Source: Chitinophagales bacterium (GTDB lineage Bacteria > Bacteroidota > Bacteroidia > Chitinophagales > Chitinophagaceae). From it: 64,000 bases of DNA. Position 1 is the first letter of the stretch. Each line of letters opens with the position of its first letter. Shown piece after piece: positions 55,072-64,000 of the stretch. A program made the position numbers and the translations under genes. The notes beneath the pieces were generated by a model. That model was not told the origin of the DNA. It ran no database searches and saw nothing but the letters and a program-made list of their open reading frames with translations. Where the stretch lies: contig JBBSPK010000002.1 of assembly GCA_038258875.1 (NCBI GenBank), forward strand, positions 5,237 to 69,236, read 5' to 3'.

Positions 55072-55698
55072 TTAGCTTTGCTGCTCTTCTTCTGCGTGGT
55101 AGGAAACTAAGGGCTGGTGCTGAATAATAAAATTAATGACTTCCTCAAGCGGTATGCCTGCCCTGTCGGATGCATCCCGGATTTCTTCACGGGAAACATT
55201 GGCTGCGAAAGACTTTTCCTTCAACCGCTTTTTAACACCTTTTAACTCCATGTCTTTATAACCTTCGGGCCGCATTAAAGAATACGCATGAATCAACCCA
55301 GATAATTCATCAAACGCATATAACATTTTATCCATCTTCGTTTCCGGTTGTACACCAAAATGGTTTGGTCCGTGTGATGCAATCGCATGTATTATTTCCG
55401 GATCGATATTTCTTTTTTCCAATTCTGAAATCATTTTCTTGCAATGCTGGTCCGGCCATTGATCCCAGTCGGCATCATGTAACAAGCCTGCCATTTCCCA
55501 CCGCCATTGGCCGGCATCATCAAGCTGTTCTCTTTCTGCAGCCCATCGTTGCAGGAGATAAGCTACCTGTTTCATGTGCAGCCTTAATCTTTCATTCTTT
55601 ACCCAATCATTCAGTAAATCATTTGCTTCGGCTTTTGTAAGAACATTATTCTTGTTGGCAAGATCGCCAAACACATTTTTCTCCAGTAAAAGATTCAT
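55072..55698 (-). CDS. HD-domain metal-dependent hydrolase
   Basis: LRLHM, GLLHDADW, AIASH, AFDELSG, KEKSFAANVSR. Confidence 0.85.
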   Translation of the reverse strand: MNLLLEKNVFGDLANKNNVLTKAEANDLLNDWVKNERLRLHMKQVAYLLQRWAAEREQLDDAGQWRWEMAGLLHDADWDQWPDQHCKKMISELEKRNIDPEIIHAIASHGPNHFGVQPETKMDKMLYAFDELSGLIHAYSLMRPEGYKDMELKGVKKRLKEKSFAANVSREEIRDASDRAGIPLEEVINFIIQHQPLVSYHAEEEQQS

Positions 55699-55764
55699 TT
55701 TATTTTTAAGAATTTATTCGAAAATATAATTTTGAAAAATATAAAGATAGCTCCCACGCTTTAA

Positions 55765-56415
55765 CTAACGGATCATCTTAAAAGCAAAATAACCGCTACC
55801 TGTAGCCATATAAATTCTTAACCATAATGGCAGAAGCATTTCAGTACCTCTTGCCGTAGTTATATCACCTAGGTCAATAATATCTGTCCACCCAAATTGA
55901 TTCAATATACCGCTTACTTTTTCTTTTGCATCGGAATTGTTGCCACTGATAAACATTGTTGGATCACCGCCGCTTTTCTTAGGATCAACCATTACTTCAC
56001 AGTTAACTATGTTTAAAGTTTTTACAACATTCGCAGTTGGTAATAATTTTTGAATTTCTTCTCCCAGGGAGTTGTTATTTGTATATTGAGGTATGAGCGA
56101 TGGCGGCATTCCCTTTGAAAAATCCAAGGGGTTACTTACATCAATAATTATTTTATCATTAAAATTATTAATGCCCGCTTGCGCAAAAATTTCCTGGGCA
56201 GCCTCACCTTTAGTACAATTAAAAATAATACCAGCAAATTCAGCCGCATCTTTAAAAGTTCCTGCTAATGCATTGCTACCATTCGCATTTACCCACGATA
56301 CTGCTTTTTCATTTGTTGCACTACGGCTTCCCATCATTACTTTATAACCTAATTGAATAAGCTTTGTTGCAATGGTATTACCCACAACGCCGGTACCAAA
56401 AACTCCAATTTCCAT
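55765..56415 (-). CDS. NADPH-dependent F420 reductase-like oxidoreductase
   Basis: GTGVVG Rossmann motif, GSR, IDVSNPL, VVKTLN, IDLGDI. Confidence 0.88.
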   Translation of the reverse strand: MEIGVFGTGVVGNTIATKLIQLGYKVMMGSRSATNEKAVSWVNANGSNALAGTFKDAAEFAGIIFNCTKGEAAQEIFAQAGINNFNDKIIIDVSNPLDFSKGMPPSLIPQYTNNNSLGEEIQKLLPTANVVKTLNIVNCEVMVDPKKSGGDPTMFISGNNSDAKEKVSGILNQFGWTDIIDLGDITTARGTEMLLPLWLRIYMATGSGYFAFKMIR

Positions 56416-56536
56416 GGTTCTTAGTTTAGGGGTTAAAATATTTAAACAACAAAAATAATATCTTTTGAAACGAAGACCGAAGCCCTATTAAATTAAATTA
56501 TGAAATTGAAATTGAGATTTGCTCAAGGTGATACAC

Positions 56537-57241
56537 TTATTTTACCGCGTTCTTCGCGGAAGAAATAAACTCTTCCATGGTTATAGCATCATTTAATTCA
56601 TAGCTCCCTATTCTTGTCCTGCACAAGGTACTTAGGTAAGCGCCGCATCCAAGATGGGCTCCGAAATCATTTGCAAGACTTCGTATATACGTTCCCGTTG
56701 TACAAACTACCTCAAATGAAACAACAGGCATTATGATAGCGGTAATCTCAAATTGACGAATGGTAACTTTTCTTGGCTCAAGTTTTACATCAATACCTTT
56801 TCGGGCCTGCAGGTAAACCGGCTTACCTTTTTGCTTTATCGCAGAATGAATAGGTGGTACCTGCATAATTTCGCCGGTAAAATTTTTTACAGCTTCATAA
56901 ATCTGTTCGTTATTTATACCCACCGGTTTAAAATTTACAGGCTCACTTTCCAAATCAAACGTAGGCGTTACAGCACCCAAAGTAAAGGTGCCGGTATATT
57001 CCTTTTCCTGCGCCATATACTCATTAATTTTTTTAGTAAACTTCCCTGTGCAAACAATCAAAAGCCCTGTGGCTAAAGGATCCAGTGTACCAGCATGTCC
57101 CACTTTTTTGATTTGCAAAGTGTTTCGGATTTTTTTTACAACATCAAACGATGTCCACTGTAGGGGCTTATTTATGAGTAACACACTCCCATCTTCGGAG
57201 GGGATGAAATTTATATTTCTGTCACTGTTTACTGTATTCAT
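56537..57241 (-). CDS. truB: tRNA pseudouridine(55) synthase
   Basis: NKPLQWTSFDVV, KVGHAGTLDPLATG, PPIHSA, GTYIRSLA. Confidence 0.96.
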   Translation of the reverse strand: MNTVNSDRNINFIPSEDGSVLLINKPLQWTSFDVVKKIRNTLQIKKVGHAGTLDPLATGLLIVCTGKFTKKINEYMAQEKEYTGTFTLGAVTPTFDLESEPVNFKPVGINNEQIYEAVKNFTGEIMQVPPIHSAIKQKGKPVYLQARKGIDVKLEPRKVTIRQFEITAIIMPVVSFEVVCTTGTYIRSLANDFGAHLGCGAYLSTLCRTRIGSYELNDAITMEEFISSAKNAVK

Positions 57242-57282
57242 CTAATAATTTACGAATGATAAAACTTTCCTGGCATAAAGGA

Positions 57283-58626
57283 TTAGATTGCCTGGCGTGC
57301 TTTTAATTCAAGGTATTTGTTAATTGTATTTATAGTAAGTTTTTGTGGTGAAGTAAGCACCGACAAAATTCCATATTTCGATAATTCTTTTGCGATGAGC
57401 CTTTTTTCAAAAGCAAACTTTTCAGCAATTGTTTTAATATATACTTCTTCAATATTTCCTGCGTGTGAATTGGTGAGCTTATCAAGTTCAGTATTTTCAA
57501 AAAATATCACTAATAATAAATGATGGCTTGCAAGGGATCGTAAATAATCAATTTGCCTGTTAAGTCCTGACAAAGATTCAAAATTCGTAAATAAAATTAA
57601 AAGGCTCCTGTGTTTAATGCGATTTCTTATCTGCATGTACAGCATTTCAAAATCACTTTCAAGAAAACCCGTGGTTTGATTATACAGCAACTGCAAAATA
57701 TTTTCTTTTTGCACAGGCTTCCGATCAGCAGCCAGTACACCTGCCAGTACATTTGAAAAAGTAATCACGCCTACCCTGTCTTGCTTTCTAAGGCAAACGT
57801 TGCTAAGCACCAGGCAACTGTTAATTGCATAATCCAAAAGTGTTAAGCCTGCAAAAGTCATTTTCATAAGCCTTCCCTTATCGATTACACAATACACCTG
57901 CTGCGATCTTTCATCCATAAAATTGTTTACCATTAAGCCCCCCTTTCTTGCAGAAGCTTTCCAGTTAAGTGTGCGGATATCATCTCCTGACACATATTCT
58001 TTAATTTGCTCGAACTCCATGCTCTGGCCTATTTTACGCATACGGCTACTTCCGCTTTCATGTTGAATAGTGGCATGCGACAGCAACTCATATTTATACA
58101 GCTGCATAAAAGCAGGATATACATGAACCGTTTCAGAGGCTTCTGTCGTAAACCTTCTTGAAGCCAATCCTAATTGTGAACTTACAAACAAGTGAATATT
58201 GCCGAAATAATACTCCCCCCTTTGGAGTGGACGTAAGTAATATTGAACTTTTCTTACTTGTTTTGCCTTTAAGGTTAAAAACTTTTTCCAATTACGATCC
58301 TGGAATTGTTGCGGTAACTCATCAATTATTTCAACTTTTACAGGGAAAGAAAATTCATTCTTAATAAGAAGCTCTATTTTATTTTCATCGCCATTACTTA
58401 ATCTACCCGCTGTAGTTCTTCTTGCAAAAGGAAATTTTCGTGTGAAAAATAAGAAGCTATAATCCGAAATAAAAAAAATGACAAAGGCAAAAAAAACTAT
58501 GGGTGCTATTGCGGTGAATAGAGGAATGTAAAATGCAGCCACAAATAAACATACACATCCCAGCAGACCGGCATAAAAGCGGGACGTAACAAACAAATCA
58601 CCAAAATATTTTTTGACCCAATTCAT
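57283..58626 (-). CDS. DUF58 (VWA-like) membrane protein
   Basis: N-terminal TMs; EFEQIKEYVSGDDIRTLNWKASAR, IDKGRLM. Confidence 0.9.
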   Translation of the reverse strand: MNWVKKYFGDLFVTSRFYAGLLGCVCLFVAAFYIPLFTAIAPIVFFAFVIFFISDYSFLFFTRKFPFARRTTAGRLSNGDENKIELLIKNEFSFPVKVEIIDELPQQFQDRNWKKFLTLKAKQVRKVQYYLRPLQRGEYYFGNIHLFVSSQLGLASRRFTTEASETVHVYPAFMQLYKYELLSHATIQHESGSSRMRKIGQSMEFEQIKEYVSGDDIRTLNWKASARKGGLMVNNFMDERSQQVYCVIDKGRLMKMTFAGLTLLDYAINSCLVLSNVCLRKQDRVGVITFSNVLAGVLAADRKPVQKENILQLLYNQTTGFLESDFEMLYMQIRNRIKHRSLLILFTNFESLSGLNRQIDYLRSLASHHLLLVIFFENTELDKLTNSHAGNIEEVYIKTIAEKFAFEKRLIAKELSKYGILSVLTSPQKLTINTINKYLELKARQAI

Positions 58627-58633
58627 TATGAAG

Positions 58634-58667
58634 CCTCACCCCCAACCCCCGCTCCGAAGGAGAGGGG
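58634..58667. repeat. REP-like GC-rich hairpin
   Basis: CCTCACCCCCAA then CCCCGCTCC-GAA-GGAGAGGGG stem-loop in an AT-rich intergenic region. Confidence 0.6.
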
Positions 58668-58757
58668 AAAGGATTTATTAATGTTGAATTATTTGAAAAT
58701 ACTATAAACTCCTTATTACTATTGATTCACTAATTAAGTTGCTCAATCACGTTGTAT

Positions 58758-59735
58758 CTATCTCGGTATTTCAATGTTACCTGTTATGTTTTGAATCAGC
58801 TCATCAGGCGTTATCCCTTCCATTTCTTTTTCGGGAGTTAAAATTATCCTGTGCCGCATAACCGGCGCAGCCATTTCAAGTATATCTTCGGGCTTAACAA
58901 AATCTCTTCCTTTAATCGCAGCATTTGCCTTTGATGCTCTTAATATCGCGAGCGAAGCACGGGGTGAAGCACCTAAAAATAGTGATGAATTATTTCTTGT
59001 GGCACTGGTAATTTTTGCGATGAATTCTACCAGCTTTGGATCAATAAGCACCTGGTGAATAATGCCCCTGTATTCTGCAATTTGAGCTGTAGATAAAATT
59101 TTATGTACGTCTTCCAATAATGCATTCTGTGTAAGCGCCTGCTGATTTAAAAGAATATTTATTTCTTCTTCAAGCGACGGATATTTTACATTTATCTTAA
59201 ACAAAAACCGGTCGAGCTGAGCTTCAGGAAGCCTGTATGTTCCTTCCTGTTCAATAGGGTTTTGTGTTGCCAGAACAAGGAAAGGGAAATCCATTATATG
59301 AGTTGTTCCATCGATGGTAACCTGTCTTTCTTCCATTACCTCAAATAATGCAGCCTGTGTTTTAGCCGGGGCACGGTTTATTTCATCAATTAAAATAATA
59401 TTGCTGAAGATGGGTCCTTTCTTAAACTGGAAATCTGCTTCTTTTGGATTGAAAACAGATGTTCCTAAAACATCACTTGGCATAAGATCGGGTGTGAACT
59501 GGATACGTGAAAAATCTGCATCGATAATTTTTGCGATCAGTTTGGCCGTTAATGTTTTTGCAACACCGGGAACGCCTTCAATAAGAATATGACCATCGCA
59601 TAATAAACCAATCATGAGCATATTAACCATTTCATGTTGCCCAACGATCACTTTACCTATTTCATTTCTTATACCGGCAACAGCATTACTTAAAGGATGC
59701 AAATCAATTCTCTCTTCAAATAAATTTTCGTCCAT
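58758..59735 (-). CDS. MoxR-family AAA+ ATPase
   Basis: GVPGVAKT, RIQFTPDLMPSD, IDEINRAPAKTQ, ATQNPIEQEGTYRLPEAQLDRF, GASPRA. Confidence 0.96.
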   Translation of the reverse strand: MDENLFEERIDLHPLSNAVAGIRNEIGKVIVGQHEMVNMLMIGLLCDGHILIEGVPGVAKTLTAKLIAKIIDADFSRIQFTPDLMPSDVLGTSVFNPKEADFQFKKGPIFSNIILIDEINRAPAKTQAALFEVMEERQVTIDGTTHIMDFPFLVLATQNPIEQEGTYRLPEAQLDRFLFKINVKYPSLEEEINILLNQQALTQNALLEDVHKILSTAQIAEYRGIIHQVLIDPKLVEFIAKITSATRNNSSLFLGASPRASLAILRASKANAAIKGRDFVKPEDILEMAAPVMRHRIILTPEKEMEGITPDELIQNITGNIEIPR

Positions 59736-60979
59736 CAGCTTTGATTTTTATAAAAGTTTTCTATTTCTGTATTGAGTTGTAGCAGTTCAGTATCATCTAT
59801 ATTTTCTTCAGCTTGTATTCGTGCAATTAATGAAAATAATTGCCTCGTTTTTTCTATTGAAACGCCACTTTTTCCCGAAAGGGAATTAATAAATTCTTCA
59901 TTTACGGTTGCCGTGCCAATGAAATACTTATTGCGTAAATGCTCATAAAAGTAAGTAATCATCTTTTCAGCTATGTGGCTGTTATTTTTTTTCTGCAGGT
60001 AAAGCCTCCCCACAGTTTCGGTAAATGTAACAGTAGTGTTGGCATTAGGTTTTACAACATTGATAACTCTTTGTTTTCTTTTTACATTAAAAATTATAAA
60101 CAGCAACAATCCTGCTATCGCAAGCCAGAAGGCCCAAAGCAAAGGCGGATGCTGCTTTATAACACTTAGTGATGAAAAATCGTTTTTATCGTTATTGTTA
60201 TTATTTTTCCGTCGGCTGGCATTGCTATTTTTATAATATTCGTCCCAATAAATATTTTTTGGATCCGAGCGCAGATATGAAATTACATTTTCAAAATATT
60301 TATAATTATCCCCTGTAAGTAAAAAATAATTGCTAAAAATTCGTGGAGCTACGTGCAGATAAATGCGGCCTTTCCCGGAAAATAATATGATGTAGTTGGG
60401 TGTATTGATTTCATTTACACCCAACACTCTTGCAAAGGATGTATCATAACCTGAGAGTGCATTTAGAAAGGGATAATAATAATAGCTATAAGAAGGTGCG
60501 TTAAAATTATCGCCGAAGTACATGCTTACATTGGTTTGGTGCATCAACCCCTTTGTTTCATCTATTATTTCACCCATCCTCTCGGTATTACAGTTAATAT
60601 TTTCAAGCAGCTTCGGGTCAACATAATCTGCAGAAATGAAAAGATCGTTTCCCCCTTTTACATAATCCATAAAAGCTTTTACTTCAGTATAAGTAAGCAC
60701 CAGATTTTTAGTGATAAGAAAATAAAGCGAATACTTTTGATCATCATTATAGTCTTTAATGTTGTTCCATTCTTCATCAAAAGGATCATTCACAGTTTCT
60801 ATGTAACGATCATTAAAAAGATGCCTGAACTCTTTATAAGCAACAAAAGATCCAAATGGTTGTTTATCAGTTTTACGAAAACTTTCATTCAGAGATGGAA
60901 GGACACGCCTATCCTGTTTGCAGCTACCAATAAGCGCTGACGCAATAAAAAAGAAAAATATGTAAAGAAAAATTTTCAA
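59735..60979 (-). CDS. DUF4350-like membrane/lipoprotein of the MoxR operon
   Basis: DKQPFGSFV, WDEYY, TM then KRKQRVI, FTETVGRLY. Confidence 0.8.
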   Translation of the reverse strand: MKIFLYIFFFFIASALIGSCKQDRRVLPSLNESFRKTDKQPFGSFVAYKEFRHLFNDRYIETVNDPFDEEWNNIKDYNDDQKYSLYFLITKNLVLTYTEVKAFMDYVKGGNDLFISADYVDPKLLENINCNTERMGEIIDETKGLMHQTNVSMYFGDNFNAPSYSYYYYPFLNALSGYDTSFARVLGVNEINTPNYIILFSGKGRIYLHVAPRIFSNYFLLTGDNYKYFENVISYLRSDPKNIYWDEYYKNSNASRRKNNNNNDKNDFSSLSVIKQHPPLLWAFWLAIAGLLLFIIFNVKRKQRVINVVKPNANTTVTFTETVGRLYLQKKNNSHIAEKMITYFYEHLRNKYFIGTATVNEEFINSLSGKSGVSIEKTRQLFSLIARIQAEENIDDTELLQLNTEIENFYKNQS

Positions 60980-60984
60980 CAGTT

Positions 60985-61803
60985 TTAAATCTTTTTATTA
61001 AATGAAATGAAATCATTTTTTAACCCCTGGTATTTCTGCTTATCAATTGCAAACCTTCCATACCATAAATACTCGTAATTGAGGGTTAAATAAGAAAAAT
61101 CCTGTTGATAATTACGGCCTGCTAATTCATGAACATACAAATTATTTGTTTTATCGGGTGAGAATACAATCAGTTCATTGTCGGAAAGTTTTTTAAGAGA
61201 TTGCAGGTATAAATATCTTACTGACAAATTAAAATCATTTTTAGCTTCTGCTTCCCGGATGAGTATATTATAGGCATCATAGTCATCAAGACTTTCGGGG
61301 GCTTCATTACCCGGTTCTTCAACCCGTACACTTGTTTTGGAAAACAATCCTGCTGCAAAAAATAATTTATACAAAATAAATCCAATAAAAAAAATGGCGA
61401 CGACCCAAAAGAAAAGTCTTAACGGGAAGCTATTGAGAAAACTGTTTGAACCCGAAGTGCTCGCAGATACATCGCCGCTCCTGCTCCTGCTGGCATTCCC
61501 ATTTTCAATATTGAGTGTATCTTTTTTAAGGCCTTTTTGCTTTTTCAGCAGGCTGTCAAGGTAACCCATATAAGCAAACTCCCTGCTCTGTTTCCATTTT
61601 AAAATAGAGTCATTGTCGTCTTCAAAAAGCATTTTAGTAACAAGTGTATCCCCTTGGGCGTATTCATCATCATCTACTGAATCGTCTACTTGTGTAGTTG
61701 AACTATCTGTTACAGTTTCATCATTTTTTTGAGCGAAAGAATAGCTATTGAAAAAAAATAGCAGGGCAACGATACAAACTAATTTAATGAAGTTATAATT
61801 CAT
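60985..61803 (-). CDS. DUF4129-like membrane protein
   Basis: VRYLYL, DKTNNLY, YEYLWYG. Confidence 0.8.
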   Translation of the reverse strand: MNYNFIKLVCIVALLFFFNSYSFAQKNDETVTDSSTTQVDDSVDDDEYAQGDTLVTKMLFEDDNDSILKWKQSREFAYMGYLDSLLKKQKGLKKDTLNIENGNASRSRSGDVSASTSGSNSFLNSFPLRLFFWVVAIFFIGFILYKLFFAAGLFSKTSVRVEEPGNEAPESLDDYDAYNILIREAEAKNDFNLSVRYLYLQSLKKLSDNELIVFSPDKTNNLYVHELAGRNYQQDFSYLTLNYEYLWYGRFAIDKQKYQGLKNDFISFNKKI

Positions 61804-62830
61804 AGGTTACTCCATTCTTTATGATTTTTCCATCCTTCAACTCAACTCCTCCTTTATTTAATTTAATCGGGTATAGCACGAAATACCACAAAACAAGAAA
61901 GAATGAGCCGGCCAGGATGATAATACTTACAGGAACCGGAAGCCCTATATCACGTGAATCTTTTTGAAAAGTATTACTCATAAGGTGTGTTATATAACTT
62001 TCAAAAAAAGCGGCGATTATAAAAAAAGGTACCAGGCTCACGCAAATTTTCATGGCATCCTTTGCTGATTTTAAAAACGATTGCCGGCGTGTATAGGTGC
62101 CGGGGAATAACCAGCCAAAACCCAATATAAGACCGGCACAGCTTGCAATTACCACGGAAGAAATTTCAAGAGTGCCGTGGATCCATATAACCATTACCGA
62201 TTGCCACCCAAGCCCCTGGGAAAAGAAAAGATATTGAAAACACCCGAGCATGAGCCCGTTGCTCCACATTAAAAGTATAGTACCTATACCAAACAAAACA
62301 CCAAACACCACACTTTTAAAAGCGACACTTATGTTGTTATATGCAATATGCACAAACATTGAAAACGGGTTTGAGTCTTTATACACACCAAAGGGATCCC
62401 CTTTTTGAATTCGCGAAATTGTGTCATCATAATAGCCCGGTTGCACTTTGTGGTTAAAAAAATCAGCGGCATAATTTGGATCTGTTGTGGAAGACACAAC
62501 TCCAATGGTAACAAATACTGTAAATAAAATAAATGTAAAGAGGAAAACTTTGTGGTAACGCCGAAAAAGTAATGGAAGCTCATATTTCCAAAAAAGCAAT
62601 ATTCTTGAATATTTTTGTTTTTTATTTTGATAAATACTTTGGTAAATACCGGCAGCAATCCCATTTATCCAGCGGGTAACTTTACTTTGGGGGTAAAAAG
62701 TTTTTGAATAAGACAGGTCATCCAGCAGGGTAACAAATCTGTCAGCCATTTCATCAGGGTCCGTCGATTCTTCATGCTGATATTGATTCCATTTATCAAC
62801 ATTTTTTTTTATAAACCTAGCTTCACGCAT
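61793..62830 (-). CDS. SpoIIM/DUF95-family membrane protein
   Basis: MREARFI, DDLSYSKTFYP, NNISVA, IHGTLEI, AAFFES. Confidence 0.9.
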   Translation of the reverse strand: MREARFIKKNVDKWNQYQHEESTDPDEMADRFVTLLDDLSYSKTFYPQSKVTRWINGIAAGIYQSIYQNKKQKYSRILLFWKYELPLLFRRYHKVFLFTFILFTVFVTIGVVSSTTDPNYAADFFNHKVQPGYYDDTISRIQKGDPFGVYKDSNPFSMFVHIAYNNISVAFKSVVFGVLFGIGTILLMWSNGLMLGCFQYLFFSQGLGWQSVMVIWIHGTLEISSVVIASCAGLILGFGWLFPGTYTRRQSFLKSAKDAMKICVSLVPFFIIAAFFESYITHLMSNTFQKDSRDIGLPVPVSIIILAGSFFLVLWYFVLYPIKLNKGGVELKDGKIIKNGVTYEL

Positions 62831-63041
62831 TTCAAAAATTTAAGAAGTATCAAAATCTCTATTGAGAATAAAGGCAAATACAAATATAACCGAATGGCCT
62901 TGAGATAATTTAACAGCGGAAAAAATTTCGCATGAAAACTACACGACACAAGCATAACCAAAAAATATCAGCTAAAAGGGTGATTTCACTCTTTATTAAA
63001 AAAATATTTCACTTAGATTTATAGACCCAAAGCTCTCCAAA

Positions 63042-63539
63042 ATGAAACATTCAAAAATACTCACTCTTTTTATAATTGCATTAGTTACACTGGCAGCCAG
63101 TTGTAAAAAAACCACCGACCCAGGCCCAGATGATTTTTACTTTCAATGTAAAATTGATGGAAGCAGTTATATCCCTAATAGCTGCGCGAATTGTATTACA
63201 TGTTCAATACTTGGTGATACAACTTTCTTATTAGGAGGTAATGCGGAATATGAAGCTCTTTTGATAGGTGTCATAAAATTAGATCATTCACAAATCGCTA
63301 TTTTAAATTATGTTTTAAATGCCAACTTACAACAGAAGGCTACGTATAAAAATTCGACCGTAACTACGGATAGATTTGATACTGACGCAACTCATACTGG
63401 TCTTTTAGAGATCATATCATTAGACAAAACGAATAGAATAATTAAGGGGAATTTTTATTTTAAAGCTTATAATTCTTATAGAAATGATTCGGTTAATGTC
63501 ACAGATGGCAAATTCCGTTTAAAATATACTACCAATTAA
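63042..63539 (+). CDS. Lipoprotein (DUF6252-like)
   Basis: Lipobox LAASC; FQCKIDG, IIKGNFYF, VTDGKFR. Confidence 0.75.
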   Translation: MKHSKILTLFIIALVTLAASCKKTTDPGPDDFYFQCKIDGSSYIPNSCANCITCSILGDTTFLLGGNAEYEALLIGVIKLDHSQIAILNYVLNANLQQKATYKNSTVTTDRFDTDATHTGLLEIISLDKTNRIIKGNFYFKAYNSYRNDSVNVTDGKFRLKYTTN

Positions 63540-63585
63540 TTATTAATTTAATATAGTCATTATGAAAACTTCTACACCCCCGCTT

Positions 63586-63606
63586 CTGTTGGCGTCCCGC
63601 CAACAG
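63586..63606. repeat. REP hairpin adjacent to RAYT
   Basis: CTGTTGGCG-TCC-CGCCAACAG, perfect 9-bp stem 8 bp from the transposase stop codon. Confidence 0.75.
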
Positions 63607-63614
63607 CTATTATA

Positions 63615-64000
63615 TCATTCATTAAAATGTGTTATCCAACTAAAATCTTTTATTCCTGTTTCATAAAAATTTGCTGATGACCATTTGTATTGTTCGGGTG
63701 TGGTCGCGAGATTCCAATGTGGCTGACAAGGATTAAAATGCACATAATTTAATTTTTGGCGAAAAAAAATTTTTGTCCAGCATTCCTTCACCATTGGTTC
63801 TCTTTCCCAGAACTGGAATTTTCTGTCAGATTTATTTACGTAATACTCATTCAAAAGATGAGTATCGCTTTTCTTTATATATTTCCCAAACTCATGCGCA
63901 GTAAAACTAAATAAGGCTCCCTGAACGTCTTTTCTTTCAAATCCATCTGAAATTTTCCAAAGCATATGAAAATGATTTGGCATTATAACAAAGGCATTGA
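63615..64000 (-). mobile_element. REP-associated tyrosine (Y1 HUH) transposase, 5' end outside window
   Basis: AFVIMPNHFH (HUH), FWER, KLNYVHFNP (catalytic Tyr), YKWSSA. Confidence 0.88.

Overview
AT-rich Bacteroidota chromosomal window; gene content (SusC/SusD, T9SS plug and type-B CTD proteins, GLPGLI protein, TAnnTTTG promoters) points to a Chitinophagaceae-like organism. Housekeeping genes include pdxJ, a complete trpEGDCFBA operon with an unannotated Trp-Trp leader peptide/attenuator, transaldolase/fsa, SRP RNA, LolC/E, TrmH, TamL and truB. The accessory modules are: (i) an overlapping two-gene terpene locus (small class II cyclase-like plus class I isoprenoid-synthase-like); (ii) a TPR-sensor adenylate cyclase with a small partner gene; (iii) an ECF/FecR-controlled PUL (SusC, SusD, GH2 beta-galactosidase, atypical GH31) followed by a hydroxylysine-kinase/phospho-lyase-type fusion, which together could form a pathway for collagen glucosyl-galactosyl-hydroxylysine (best candidate for an undescribed system, inference only); (iv) a two-component system whose putative targets (GLPGLI protein and OM beta-barrel) share an identically spaced TTAAC-repeat promoter; (v) a PLD with degenerate HKD motifs; (vi) a TA pair with a nonsense-inactivated ParE; (vii) an ECF42-like operon with a candidate cognate promoter; (viii) a MoxR/DUF58 operon; and (ix) a RAYT with an adjacent REP hairpin plus several dispersed palindromic repeat families. 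All family assignments come from motif recognition by eye, without database searches.
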